From positions 192,001-256,000 of the forward strand of contig CAVYTA010000007.1 of assembly GCA_963771355.1 (NCBI GenBank): a stretch of 64,000 bases of DNA, written 5' to 3'. This document shows, piece after piece, positions 32,137 to 42,284 of the stretch (the stretch's first letter is position 1; the number at the start of each line of letters is the position of its first letter). The notes below the pieces were generated by a model that was not told where the DNA came from, did not search any database, and saw only the letters and a list, made by a program, of their open reading frames with translations. The stretch is from an uncultured Candidatus Rokubacteria bacterium. GTDB taxonomy: Bacteria; Methylomirabilota; Methylomirabilia; Rokubacteriales; CSP1-6. The position numbers and the translations under genes were made by a program.

Positions 32137-34752
32137 ATGCGAGCGATGAGCATTTTCACGCGATCCCTTCGCCGCGAGGCCCTGGACTTCCAGGGGGTCG
32201 ACCGGCGGCTCGTGCTCCGAACCGCGCTCATCGCGCTCCTGGTCTCGGCGGCGTACTATCTCGGTACGGAGATTGGCCTGCGCACCCGGTTTCCTGCAAC
32301 CGGTCCTTCGATCCTCTGGCCACCGAACGCGATCCTGCTCTCGGTCTTGCTGCTGACGCCGGTCCAGAGATGGGGCATCTACCTGCTTGCGGCCTTTCCC
32401 GCCCATTTTCTGACCGAGCATCAGGCTGGCTTCCCGTTATCCCTGAACCTGGGGCTCTTCATCACCAACTGCGGGCAGGCTCTGCTCGGGGCGGTGGCCG
32501 TGCGCCGGGTCATCGGCCCTCGCATCGACTTCGACAGCCTTCGCCATGTCACAGCCTTCATCGCGGGTGCCGCCTTCCTTGCTCCGTTCGTGAGCTCATT
32601 CGTCGACGTCTGGCTGTGGGTCGCGACGGGGTGGCCGGAAGGCATTCGCTACTGGCCGGCTTGGTGGGTGCGCTTTGCGAGCAACGTGCTCACGATTCTG
32701 GTGGTGACGCCGGCAGTGGTGCTCGGTATCAGCCAGGCCCGCACGTGGTTGCGGAGACCTCCTCCGTGGCGCCAGTCCGTGGAGGCGGCCATCCTGGTCG
32801 TCGGGCTCGCGGCCGCCGGGGTGATGATAGGCCTCTCCGAACCCCGCCACCTTCAGGCCTTGATGTACACGCCCCTGCCGCTGCTGCTATGGGCCGCGGT
32901 GCGCTTCGGGTCTGCAGGGGTCAGCGCGTCGCTCTTGGCGACGACGCTTTGCATGACCCTCGCCGCTACCCGTGACGTGGAGTGGTTTGCCGGGTCGCCG
33001 GAGGCCGCGCAGACCTTCTCGGTCCAGTTCTTCATGGTGATGATGGTCACCGCCATGTCGCTGATGTTCCTGGCCGCCGTCATTCGGGAGCGGGAGCGGG
33101 CGGAAACGGCGCTGAAGGAGCGGCTCGCCTTCGAGCGGCTGCTGTCCGAGGTATCGGCCGGGTTCGCCGGCCAACCAGGCGGGGACATCGCCGAAGCGAT
33201 TCAGGGCGCTCTGGATCGCATCGTTGAGTGCCTCGATGTCGACCAGGCGACGCTGGCACAAGCGTCAGATCATGGCCGCACCTTTGAGCTCAAGTACGCT
33301 TCCCATGACCAGCGGATCGACCCGCTGCCGGGACAGATCCGTACGAGTGAGTTTCCGTGGGGACGAGACAAGATTCGCCTCGGCGAGGTGGTTTGCTTCT
33401 CAAGTCTGGGGGAGCTTCCCGGCGAGGCGAGGACTGATCGAGAGAACTATGGCCGGTACGGTATCAAGTCCGGTGTGGCTATTCCCTTGATGGCTGGACC
33501 GGCAAGCCTTGGCATCCTGGGGCTGGCTACCGTACGGTACGAGCGGTCATGGTCCGGCGAGATGGTGGATCAACTCCGATTGCTGGGGGAGATCTTTACC
33601 GCCGCGATGATGCGCCAGCGAGCGGATACCGATGCTCGCGAAGGGGAAGCCCTGAACCGGGCGGTGCTGGCGTCACTGTCCGGCGCCGTCGCGGTCGTAG
33701 ACCGCGCGGGGGTCACTATCCGGGTGAACGAGACCTGGACCTGGTTGAACCGCTCCTTCGGGCACGCGCTTGTTCCCGACCTCGTGGTGGGCGTGAGCTA
33801 TCTCGAGGCCTGCCAGCGGGCAGCGGAGCGGGGCGTCCAGGAAGCCCAGCCCGCGCTGGTGGGGATCCGGGCGGTCCTGGAGCGGACTCGCGCCGGGTTC
33901 TCGCTGGAATACTCGGGGCCCGGGTTGGACCAGGCGGGCTGGTGGGAGATGCTGGTGGTACCGTTGGATCGCCCGGAGGGCGGTGCGGTCATCACTCATC
34001 GCGACGTCAGCGATCGCAAGCGCGGTGAGCACGAGGCCCAGCAGCAACGGCAGAGTCTCGCGCACTCGGGGCGGCTGCTCGCCGTCGGCGAGCTCGCCGG
34101 GTCGCTCGCGCACGAACTCAATCAGCCCCTGACGGTGATGGTGACCAATGCCCAGGCCGCTCAGCGCCTGATTCGTCAACCGTCGGCGGATCTCGGCGAG
34201 CTAAGAGAGATCCTATCGGACATCGTGCAGGCTGGCCAACGTGGGGCCAACGTGATCAGAGGCGTGCGGGGGCTGCTCAGGCGGGCCGATTCCGACCAAG
34301 TGCCGGTTGACTTGAACACGCTCATCCGCGAAGTCACTGGCCTGCTCCAGAGCGACGCCATCCTCAAGGGCATCTCGGTGCGCCTCGAGATGAGCCCTGA
34401 TCTCCCGCCCGTCCTCGGGGAGCGAGTACAGCTGCAGCAGGTGATCTTGAACCTCTTCATGAATGCTTACGAGGCCATGAGCGGCGCGCCCGACGGACCG
34501 CGCGAGCTGGTGGTCCGGACGAAGCACGGGCCCGGCAACGTCGAGTTCCTGATCTCGGACACGGGTCCTGGTCTGAGCGACGAGACCGTGGAGCGGATGT
34601 TCGAGCCTTTCTTCACGACCAAGCGCGAAGGCCTGGGTCTGGGGCTGTCGATCAGCCGGACAATTGTCAGAGCTCACGGCGGAGAGATCAGAGCGGGTCG
34701 ACACGCAGAACGCGGAAGCACGATATCGGTCACATTGCCGCCACTCCTTTGA
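32137..34752 (+). CDS. Sensor histidine kinase (MASE1-GAF-PAS-HisKA-HATPase)
   Basis: MASE1 SILWPPNAILL; H-box AHELNQPL; N, G1 (DTGPG), F (FEPFFTTK) and G2 (GLGLGL) boxes. Confidence 0.93.
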   Translation: MRAMSIFTRSLRREALDFQGVDRRLVLRTALIALLVSAAYYLGTEIGLRTRFPATGPSILWPPNAILLSVLLLTPVQRWGIYLLAAFPAHFLTEHQAGFPLSLNLGLFITNCGQALLGAVAVRRVIGPRIDFDSLRHVTAFIAGAAFLAPFVSSFVDVWLWVATGWPEGIRYWPAWWVRFASNVLTILVVTPAVVLGISQARTWLRRPPPWRQSVEAAILVVGLAAAGVMIGLSEPRHLQALMYTPLPLLLWAAVRFGSAGVSASLLATTLCMTLAATRDVEWFAGSPEAAQTFSVQFFMVMMVTAMSLMFLAAVIRERERAETALKERLAFERLLSEVSAGFAGQPGGDIAEAIQGALDRIVECLDVDQATLAQASDHGRTFELKYASHDQRIDPLPGQIRTSEFPWGRDKIRLGEVVCFSSLGELPGEARTDRENYGRYGIKSGVAIPLMAGPASLGILGLATVRYERSWSGEMVDQLRLLGEIFTAAMMRQRADTDAREGEALNRAVLASLSGAVAVVDRAGVTIRVNETWTWLNRSFGHALVPDLVVGVSYLEACQRAAERGVQEAQPALVGIRAVLERTRAGFSLEYSGPGLDQAGWWEMLVVPLDRPEGGAVITHRDVSDRKRGEHEAQQQRQSLAHSGRLLAVGELAGSLAHELNQPLTVMVTNAQAAQRLIRQPSADLGELREILSDIVQAGQRGANVIRGVRGLLRRADSDQVPVDLNTLIREVTGLLQSDAILKGISVRLEMSPDLPPVLGERVQLQQVILNLFMNAYEAMSGAPDGPRELVVRTKHGPGNVEFLISDTGPGLSDETVERMFEPFFTTKREGLGLGLSISRTIVRAHGGEIRAGRHAERGSTISVTLPPLL

Positions 34753-34803
34753 CGGCCTTCTCATAGGGAGTCGTGCGATGAGGAACGCCTGGAGGATCCT
34801 GCT

Positions 34804-34884
34804 AAGACGCTCGGCTCAAATGGCACCCTGAAGGACGTGGACACGGCGGTCGTGGCTGGCGTGCGCATGTACATCCGGTTCTGA
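34804..34884 (+). pseudogene. C-terminal remnant of an outer-membrane beta-barrel (porin-like)
   Basis: LKDVDTAVVAGVRMYIRF-stop; terminal Phe beta-signal. Confidence 0.45.
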
Positions 34885-34888
34885 CGGT

Positions 34889-35077
34889 GTGACCAACGGG
34901 ACGAGACGCCTGCGCCCCCTCGTCTGGGTCTGGCGCACCTCGGTGGGGCTGGCGTGCATCGGCGTGCTCGGCTGGATGGCGCTGGCTATCTACTTCGACC
35001 TGGCGCCGGGCGCGACGCCGTGGTTCCGCGCCGGGCTCGCGCGCATCCGGGAAGGCCTCCCGAGGATGTCACCCTGA
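34889..35077 (+). pseudogene. N-terminal remnant of a membrane protein (DUF4105-like)
   Basis: GWMALAIYF...WFRAGLA resembles the start of DUF4105 proteins, then truncates. Confidence 0.35.
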
Positions 35078-35212
35078 TGACCACAATGCGCGGGGCCGGT
35101 GGGGACGAATCGGGCCGATCCCAAGGTCGTCGCGCCACGATACCGAGGGCCATGTCATGGTCAGATGAAGAGTTTGATCATCTATCGATCATTTGGTCCA
35201 GCGGAACCATCG

Positions 35213-35740
35213 TCAGGGCTCCCGAACCCGGAACTGCGTGACGAATGTCGTTCCGACGATCTGCTCCGGCGGGACGCCGTGGATCCCCTCCGCCCACGTG
35301 CGCATGAACTCGACGGTGCCTCCGGAGACGATGTAGGTCGTGAAGCCGTTGTCGCGCAGATAGGCCATGAGCTCGAGCATGGGCTGGAACACGAGATCCG
35401 TGTACGGACGATTGAAGCGAGGATGGCGCGCGGTGGCGAGCCAGTCGGCGACGACTCGGGCGAACTCATCGGTGGTCATGCCGGTGTGCGTCGCGGTGAG
35501 GAGCTGGAGCATCCCTCTTTCTCCTGACGCCACGAGCGCTTTCATGTCCCCGTCGAGCACCGCCTTGAACGGCTGCTGGGTCTTCCACTCCCGGGGCTTC
35601 GGCACGAGGGCCTTGACCCGGTCGAGCGCGAAGGCGAACTGAAAGTAGATCGGCTGCTCCGACCACAGGGTGCCGTCGTTGTCGAAGGTGGCGATGCGCT
35701 CGGCCGGACCTTCCGCGGGATCCGGATAGCCGGCTGGCAC
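35213..35740 (-). pseudogene. HAD-family acid phosphatase fragment, truncated at both ends
   Basis: ERIATFDNDGTLWSEQP, FQPMLELMAYLRDNGFTTYIVSGG; no signal peptide, no C-terminal motifs. Confidence 0.8.
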
Positions 35741-35760
35741 GCGACAAGCGCGGCGCCTAT

Positions 35761-35808
35761 CCCGTCGACACGTCCACCTGCAACGTCGGCATCCGCTGCG
35801 TGGTGCGG
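35761..35808 (+). pseudogene. C-terminal remnant of a formylglycine-generating-enzyme (FGE-sulfatase) family gene
   Basis: PVDTSTCNVGIRCVVR resembles the family C-terminus DTSTxHxGFRC. Confidence 0.6.
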
Positions 35809-36008
35809 GTCAAGGCGGCAGATTCAGAGCGCGGCCCCGGTAACGCTGCCGTGGATTGACTCAGCGCCGGGTCTCGGCCTCGAGCCGCTGCCCGAGCTGG
35901 CGGAGCTCGGGGGTCGTCGGCTCGAGGTCGGCGCGCCGCGCGAGAAGAGGGTGTTGCGACCGTAAGGGTGGCGGAGGAGGCTCCGCTCGCGCCCCGCGAG
36001 CGCGCCGG

Positions 36009-36761
36009 TCACGTGGTTGCCGGGGAACGTTGACCGGTGACGGGAGAATCCGCCGCCACCTCGGGGCCCACGATCAACGGGTACGCGATCCCGCCGAGGA
36101 TCCCGCCGATGATGGGCGCCACCCAGAACAGCCAGAGCTGGCCCATCGCCCATCCGCCGACAAAGAGCGCAGGCCCGGTGCTCCGCGCCGGATTCACTGA
36201 CGTGTTGGTCACAGGGATGCTGATCAGGTGGATGAGCGTTAGGGCCAGGCCAATCGCGATGGGAGCAAAGTGCTGCGGTGCACGTCCGTGCGTTGCGCCG
36301 AGGATGATGAGCAGAAAGAAGAAGGTCATCACCAGTTCGCACACAAACGCGGCCACGAACGAGTAGCCGCCTGGCGAGTGCGCACCGTAACCGTTCGAGG
36401 CGAAGCCGCCGGTGAGGCTGAACCCCGGCTTTCCACTCGCGATCACATACAGCACGCCCGCGCCGGCCGCGCCGCCCAACACCTGCGCGATGATGTAGTG
36501 GAAGAGCTCGCTGCCCGGGAACCGCCCTCCCGCCCAGAGACCGAGCGACACGGCCGGGTTCAGATGACACCCCGAGATGTGCCCGATCGCGTACGCCATC
36601 GTCAGCACGGTGAGTCCGAACGCAAACGATACACCCAGCAACCCGATGCCCACGCTCGGGAAGGCAGCGGCGAGGACCGCGCTCCCGCAGCCGCCGAGCA
36701 CCAGCCAGGCCGTACCCAAAAACTCAGCAGCAAACCTCTGGGGAAGAGGAACTTGAGCCAT
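36009..36761 (-). CDS. aqpZ: Aquaporin Z
   Basis: [12 protein letters not shown] and [12 protein letters not shown] 36761. Confidence 0.96.
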   Translation of the reverse strand: MAQVPLPQRFAAEFLGTAWLVLGGCGSAVLAAAFPSVGIGLLGVSFAFGLTVLTMAYAIGHISGCHLNPAVSLGLWAGGRFPGSELFHYIIAQVLGGAAGAGVLYVIASGKPGFSLTGGFASNGYGAHSPGGYSFVAAFVCELVMTFFFLLIILGATHGRAPQHFAPIAIGLALTLIHLISIPVTNTSVNPARSTGPALFVGGWAMGQLWLFWVAPIIGGILGGIAYPLIVGPEVAADSPVTGQRSPATT

Positions 36762-36868
36762 AAGAACCTCCCTCGCCGCGGGCGGCGCGTCACGGTTTGA
36801 AATCTTCGGTTCCTTCACCTGAATACCACTCGTGGTCACATATCGTCGACCATTCTTCGTTCGCGAGG

Positions 36869-36890
36869 CGATAGGACATTGGTCCTATCG
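36869..36890. promoter_or_regulatory. Palindromic motif, perfect copy CGATAGGAC ATTG GTCCTATCG
   Basis: 9-bp perfect inverted repeat upstream of aqpZ. Confidence 0.85.
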
Positions 36891-37014
36891 GGAGGGCACG
36901 GGCCGCCGAACGGACTCCACGGTCGGCAAGCACCTCGAGAAGACGGCCGCCGATGGCACAAAAACGGCACATGATGCTAAGATCGAGACCTCGCCACACG
37001 TAACCGCTGGAAAA

Positions 37015-37089
37015 GCCGGGGTAGCTCAGTGGCAGAGCAACTGATTCGTAATCAGTAGGTCGCGGGTTCAACTCCCGCCCCCGGCTCCA
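37015..37089 (+). tRNA. tRNA-Thr(CGT)
   Basis: GCCGGGG/CCCCGGC acceptor stem, ACTGA-TTCGTAA-TCAGT anticodon arm, GGTTCAACTCC T-arm, encoded CCA; TGcTAAGAT extended -10 at 36975-36983. Confidence 0.97.
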
Positions 37090-37267
37090 TTAACCCACCG
37101 ATTACGATGGCGTCTTCCGAGGCAACTCCTTCGGGGCGACCTGCGTCTCTGCTTCTTGTGCCCGTCTTGTGCCCAAGCTGGCGCTCGGAGCGATCTTCAG
37201 CACATCATCGAGGCGCGACACCGCGGTGCGGAGATGTTCCGGGGCCGGCAACTATACGGGAATTCGG

Positions 37268-38071
37268 TCAGCGCCGGTCCGTGATTCTCCGCGAAGGTTG
37301 GCCGATATGGATGTGGGCGCCCGTGGACGAGCCGGGCACCGCCTGGCGGACGCCGATGAACGGGATGTTCTGCCCCTGCAGATACCGCATGAGGGCCTGG
37401 CCCTCGGCGCTGTCTGGATGCACCGCCACGTCCACCGCCTGGCGGTGGTCGAAGCCGATGCGATCGTGCACCGAGCTCTGCCCGAGCGCGCTGATGGGCA
37501 AGGGGCGGCCGAAGCGGCCGCCGAAGAAGCGCTCCACGCGCGGGACATCGGAAAGGGAGAAGGGGAGGGTCCCGTTGAAGCGGATGAAGGCGGCGCTCGC
37601 CGTGTAGCCGCCCGCGGGCAACGGCGCCAGCTTGGCCATCTCGATGTGCGCCACGGCCTCGCCGATGATCCCTTCTCGTATCTTTTTGGCCTCGCGGATC
37701 AAGCGCTCCGTCTCCTTGATCTTGCGCTGCGTCTCGGCGAGGAGCTCCTCGGCGATCTCCACCTCGCGGCGGGAGATGATCTGCCGCTGGTAGAGATCGC
37801 GCCGTACCTCGACCATCTCGGCCACGCTCTGGGCGTCCTTCTGGTGGATGGCGAGCGTGCGCTCGAGGCTCGCCACGTACTCGCGCGTGGTGCGCACGAT
37901 ATCGGCGGCGATCCGATCGAACTGCTCGGCCTGGCGGTCGCGCGGGCGCGTGGTGCTCGGAGGGCGGGCGCCCGCGCCCGGCGCCGGCGCGCGGCTCTGT
38001 CCGTGGACGGGGGCGGTCTCGATGAGGAGAAAGGCGATCAGGCCGAGGACGAGGCGGACGGAGGGGGTCAC
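37268..38071 (-). CDS. Secreted coiled-coil protein with C-terminal DD-peptidase/M15-like domain
   Basis: Signal peptide; coiled coil; DHRQAVDV...GAHIHIG (H-x6-D-like and HxH Zn-ligand pattern). Confidence 0.6.
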   Translation of the reverse strand: MTPSVRLVLGLIAFLLIETAPVHGQSRAPAPGAGARPPSTTRPRDRQAEQFDRIAADIVRTTREYVASLERTLAIHQKDAQSVAEMVEVRRDLYQRQIISRREVEIAEELLAETQRKIKETERLIREAKKIREGIIGEAVAHIEMAKLAPLPAGGYTASAAFIRFNGTLPFSLSDVPRVERFFGGRFGRPLPISALGQSSVHDRIGFDHRQAVDVAVHPDSAEGQALMRYLQGQNIPFIGVRQAVPGSSTGAHIHIGQPSRRITDRR

Positions 38072-38212
38072 TCTTGAATTGTAGCGCGCGGGATCACGCG
38101 CAGGCCCGCCGCCCCTTCGGCACCGCCACTGGTAAGCATGGCGGGCTCGTGTACGCACCTTTAGAAGGTGCTCAAGTAAGCCGTCCGCCCTCCGGCTCGG
38201 GGCCCGCCCGAG

Positions 38213-38230
38213 ATGCGACCAAGGTCCTAT
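38213..38230. promoter_or_regulatory. Palindromic motif copy, ATGCGAC CAAG GTCCTAT
   Basis: 35 bp upstream of the alpha/beta hydrolase; weaker second copy at 38236-38253. Confidence 0.75.
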
Positions 38231-38264
38231 GTCCAAGATGACCAAGGTGCGCTAGGACTCACAC

Positions 38265-40175
38265 ATGTCCGACGCCTCGACACGCTTGCGCGCCTTGGCG
38301 GCCGCCGGCGCGTTGCTTGCGGTGCTGGTCCTCGCCGGCGCCTGCGCCACGCCCATCGGGGTGACCCGGGCCGACACCCAGGCGGCCTACCGCGATCTCG
38401 CGCGGAGCGTGCTCTCGACCGGCGAGATGAGCGCGGGCAGCGAGATCGTGCTGCGCCGCGAGGGGCTCGCGGTCCGCTACGACGCGGATCCGGTCGCCAC
38501 GCTGGCGGCGCTGCGGGGCACCGGCCGAGATCTCAGCCAGGACCGGCTCTTCGCGCTGGCCGAGCTGTCGTTCCTCTACGCCGAGCAGGCGGGCGACCCA
38601 GCGTACTACCTGGCGGCGGCGGTCTACGCGTACGCATTCATGATGGACCGCAAGGCCTCGATCGGGGCCGCGCTCGATCCCCGCGCGCGCCTCGCCGCCG
38701 ACATTTACAATCTCGGTGTCAGCAACGGGCTCAGCCCCGCGCGGCCGGTCGAGAGCGGTAGTCTCGCCGAGCAGGCTTCGCGGGCATCCGTGTTGAGCGC
38801 CCGCGAGGTGATCCTCACCGATCGCATGCTGCCGCTGCCCTGGGGCCAGCTCGAGCTCCACGGCAATCCCGACGACTTCCTCTGGTCCGGCTATCGCCTG
38901 ACGCGCTTCGTCTCCGTGGGCGAGTTCAAGGTGCGGGGCATGCGCAACCGCTATCGGCAGCCGGGCATCGGCGCGCCGCTGGCCGCCGACATCGCACCGG
39001 ACGGGACCGGGCCCGCCGCTGACGCCGCCCGGAAGCGTATCCCTCCTCGGGCGAAGGTCGCGGTGACGGTCTTCGTGCGCTTCGACGATGCCATGAACGG
39101 CATCGCGGACGGCCGCCTCCGGGGTCGGCTCGAGCTCTATGCGGCGGACAAATCCACGACCGTGGAGATCGACGGACACACGGTGCCGCTCGAGCTCGAT
39201 CCGACGGCGACGCTGGCCTACGCCCTCGAGGGCGCGCCGGTGTGGGAGACCGAGTTCGGCTCGTTCCTGACCGCCGATTTCCGCGTGCACCGCGAGAGCC
39301 TCATCATGATGCGGCCGTACCTGCCGGGCCGCGTCCCGGTCGTGCTGATCCACGGCACCGCCTCCAGCCCCGCGCGGTGGGGCGAGATGTACAACGAGCT
39401 CTCCAACGACGCCGTGCTGCGCGACCGCGTGCAATTCTGGGTCTTCACGTACTCGACCAGCAACCCGATCCTCCAGTCGGCGGACGAGCTGCGGCGATCG
39501 CTGAGCGACATCGTGAAGGAGGTCGATCCGGAGGGGCGCGACCCGGCGCTGCGCCGCATGGTCCTGATCGGCCACAGCCAGGGCGGCCTGCTCGCGCGGC
39601 TGATGGTGTCGGAGAGCGGGTCACGCTTCTGGGACAGCGCCTCGTCGGTGCCGCTGTCGCAGATCGAGGCCTCCCCGGCGGCGCGGGCCCTGCTCCAGCG
39701 GGTCATGTTCTTCGAGCCGGTCCCTGCGGTCAGCCGGGTGATCTTCGTCTCCACGCCGCACCGCGGCAGCTTCCGCATCTCGTCGCCGGTGCTGAGCCTG
39801 ATCCGCCGGCTCGTCAGGCTGCCCGTCGCGCTGGTGAAGGATCTCGACGAGATCTCCCGGCTGAACGTCGACAAGCTCAAGGGCGGCCGCGACGGGATCC
39901 CCACCGCCGTCGACAACATGAATCCCAACGGCCGGTTCGTCCAGACGCTCTCGGCCTGTCCCATGACGCCGAAGGTGACGACCCACTCGATCATCTCCGT
40001 GCTGGGCAGCGGGCCGGTGACCGGCAAGACCGACGGCTTCGTGGCGTACGAGAGCGCGCGCCTGGAGGGCGTGGCCTCGGAGAAGATCGTCCGCTCCAGC
40101 CACTCGACCCAGGGTGAGCCCGAGACCATCCTGGAAGTGCGCCGTATCCTCCGCGAGCACGTCCGGGGAGACTGA
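38265..40175 (+). CDS. Alpha/beta-hydrolase lipoprotein (esterase/lipase-like)
   Basis: Lipobox LAGAC; PVVLIHG, GHSQGG, STPHRGS, DGFVAYESA. Confidence 0.88.
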   Translation: MSDASTRLRALAAAGALLAVLVLAGACATPIGVTRADTQAAYRDLARSVLSTGEMSAGSEIVLRREGLAVRYDADPVATLAALRGTGRDLSQDRLFALAELSFLYAEQAGDPAYYLAAAVYAYAFMMDRKASIGAALDPRARLAADIYNLGVSNGLSPARPVESGSLAEQASRASVLSAREVILTDRMLPLPWGQLELHGNPDDFLWSGYRLTRFVSVGEFKVRGMRNRYRQPGIGAPLAADIAPDGTGPAADAARKRIPPRAKVAVTVFVRFDDAMNGIADGRLRGRLELYAADKSTTVEIDGHTVPLELDPTATLAYALEGAPVWETEFGSFLTADFRVHRESLIMMRPYLPGRVPVVLIHGTASSPARWGEMYNELSNDAVLRDRVQFWVFTYSTSNPILQSADELRRSLSDIVKEVDPEGRDPALRRMVLIGHSQGGLLARLMVSESGSRFWDSASSVPLSQIEASPAARALLQRVMFFEPVPAVSRVIFVSTPHRGSFRISSPVLSLIRRLVRLPVALVKDLDEISRLNVDKLKGGRDGIPTAVDNMNPNGRFVQTLSACPMTPKVTTHSIISVLGSGPVTGKTDGFVAYESARLEGVASEKIVRSSHSTQGEPETILEVRRILREHVRGD

Positions 40176-40324
40176 GCGGCATCGGATTCAGGGAGGGCAT
40201 CAGCCATCCAGCCGTCGAAGGAAAGCAATTGGGTAAAAACGATCCCCGGCCGAGGTTGGTGGGGTCTGGTTCCCGGTTTTAGGGACCGCTTCGCCGGCAG
40301 CGCTCCCGGCGATCATCCAGCCGA

Positions 40325-40519
40325 TCACTTTGCCGGCACGGTAGTCGGGGCCCCCTTCTGCTTCACAATGAACACCAGGAACTTGGCAGGCTTTGTCGTG
40401 CTGGCATTTCGTGAAACCGTGTGCACGTCTTCCGGCGACTCATAGAATGTCTGGCCCGGCCCCAGTGTCACTTCCTTCCCACCCTTCACCTGCATCACCA
40501 CTGCCCCTTCCAGCACATA
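40325..40519 (-). pseudogene. Cupin-domain gene, C-terminal half only
   Basis: YVLEGAVVMQVKGGKEVTLGPGQTFYESPEDVH; N-terminal HxH motif missing. Confidence 0.7.
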
Positions 40520-40523
40520 GCAT

Positions 40524-40676
40524 CGGCCAGAAGCCGATACGGGGCAGTCCGTGGGCGTAGTTCTGCAAGTTGAACGGGAAGAACGGCACGAGCCGCGTGA
40601 CCATGACGATGCGCCAGCCGTGCTCGGCCGTCAGCTCGTCCAGGCGCGACAGCCGTGGGCCGGCCCGTACCCAGCG
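40524..40676 (-). pseudogene. Internal fragment of TVP38/TMEM64 (DedA/VTT) gene
   Basis: GWRIVMVTRLVPFFPFNLQNYAHGL. Confidence 0.7.
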
Positions 40677-40707
40677 ATAACTCCGGAGTAGAAGCTATTC
40701 CGCCGCA

Positions 40708-41478
40708 CTAGGCTAACCGGGCGAGTTCGCCGAGAAGGATGAGGGCTGCGAACCCCGCAGCGGCGAGAACGCCGGAGTAGCGGGGCCCATTGTGGAAGGC
40801 CTCCGGGATCATGCTTTCCGCCGTCATGGCGATGAGCGCCCCGGCTCCGTATGCCTTGAGGATTGCCGTCGCGTGAGGGCCAAGGTCACTCAGGAAGTAG
40901 AAGGCAAGAGCCGTGATCGCTGCAGTAACAAGTGTAGTGCCGCTCCATAGGATGAGCACGTAAGTAGATGTGCGGGACGCGAGACGCATACCGGCCGTCC
41001 CGGAAAGTGCCTCCGGCACGTTCGCGAGCGAAAGCGCGATGACCAGTGCCAGATCGGGTCCCCCGGCCCTCAGGGTGATGCCAAGGACTAGCGCCTCCGG
41101 CACAGCATCAAGCGCGGTGCCGAGCGCAATGGAGGTGCCGCTGCCCGGCGCCTCGGCTTCCGACGGCTGCGGCTTGCATTCCCCGCAGCGCTTGCGGTCG
41201 TTGGCGATTGCGAGAGCTGCGTTCGCGATGCTGAACGTAGCGGCACCGGCAACAATTCCGCCTACAGTGGATGCCGCGCCGGCCAGTATGAGCGCCTCGG
41301 ATGCGACCTTGAACGAGGCAGCTGAAAGGAGCACGCCCGCCCCGAGCGACATGAAAGCAGCGATGGCCCGGTGCCGGAGTTGCGCTATTAGCCCCAGAAT
41401 TGCCCCGACAAGCACGCCGGACGCCGCAGCTAACCCCCAGCAGAAGGCCCACACTGCCCCAACAATACCTTCGGGCAT
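40708..41478 (-). CDS. ZIP family metal transporter
   Basis: GAGVLLSA, LDAVPEA, ANVPEALS, ESMIPEAF; ATG 41478 after GAGGAG. Confidence 0.85.
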   Translation of the reverse strand: MPEGIVGAVWAFCWGLAAASGVLVGAILGLIAQLRHRAIAAFMSLGAGVLLSAASFKVASEALILAGAASTVGGIVAGAATFSIANAALAIANDRKRCGECKPQPSEAEAPGSGTSIALGTALDAVPEALVLGITLRAGGPDLALVIALSLANVPEALSGTAGMRLASRTSTYVLILWSGTTLVTAAITALAFYFLSDLGPHATAILKAYGAGALIAMTAESMIPEAFHNGPRYSGVLAAAGFAALILLGELARLA

Positions 41479-41627
41479 TGCATGCTCCTCTTGGTCGTGA
41501 CCCACGGAATCCGGCCAGCGGCAAACAAAGACGGTGCAGGAGGAAATCGCTCGCACAGCTAAAGGCCTCGCCGGCCTGGCCGCTCACGGCCCACCTCCTA
41601 ACGCGCGATGTGCTGGACGATCTGCTG

Positions 41628-42149
41628 TTACGCCTGCTTTGTAACCTTGTCGGTGCGAATCGGCAGTCTCCAGTGGGGCCGGACGAAATGGCAGGTGTAG
41701 CCGTCGGGATATCGTTGGAGATAATCCTGATGCTCGGGTTCGGCCTCCCAGAAGTCGCCTGCCGGAACGACTTCCGTGACCGCCTTGCCCGGCCACAGGC
41801 CTGAAGCGTCGACGTCGGCGATGGTGTCTTCGGCAGTCCGCTTTTGCTCGTCACTGGTGTAGAAGATCGCAGATCGGTAGCTGGTCCCGAAGTCGTTGCC
41901 CTGGCGATTACGCGTGCTTGGGTCGTGAATCTGGAAGAAGAATTCGAGGATCTGCCGATAGCTGACCCGGGCAGGATCAAAGATGACCTCGACGGCTTCG
42001 GCATGTGAGCCGTGATTGCGATACGTAGCGTGGGACACGTTGCCGCCGGTGTAGCCGGCCCGTGTCGACAGAACGCCGTCGTAGCGGCGAAGAAGATCCT
42101 GCACGCCCCAGAAGCAACCGCCGGCAAGAACAGCGCGTTCCTCAGTCAT
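41628..42149 (-). CDS. msrA: Peptide-methionine (S)-S-oxide reductase
   Basis: [34 protein letters not shown]. Confidence 0.96.
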   Translation of the reverse strand: MTEERAVLAGGCFWGVQDLLRRYDGVLSTRAGYTGGNVSHATYRNHGSHAEAVEVIFDPARVSYRQILEFFFQIHDPSTRNRQGNDFGTSYRSAIFYTSDEQKRTAEDTIADVDASGLWPGKAVTEVVPAGDFWEAEPEHQDYLQRYPDGYTCHFVRPHWRLPIRTDKVTKQA

Positions 42150-42284
42150 TGGACATCCTCCACTTGGTTCAAGTAAGCCGCTCGCCACGCGGTCGATCTC
42201 TTCCGGTATCGATCTCTCTCCCGTTGGTCTGTTGGACGATGGTATCAAGGGGAGGCGGGCGCGCCGTGCGCTCGCCTCATACCG

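Noticed and set aside
35111..35200. Additional palindrome copies (CCCAAGGTCG, ATTTGGTCC)
   Set aside because: Only half-sites match; too degenerate to count
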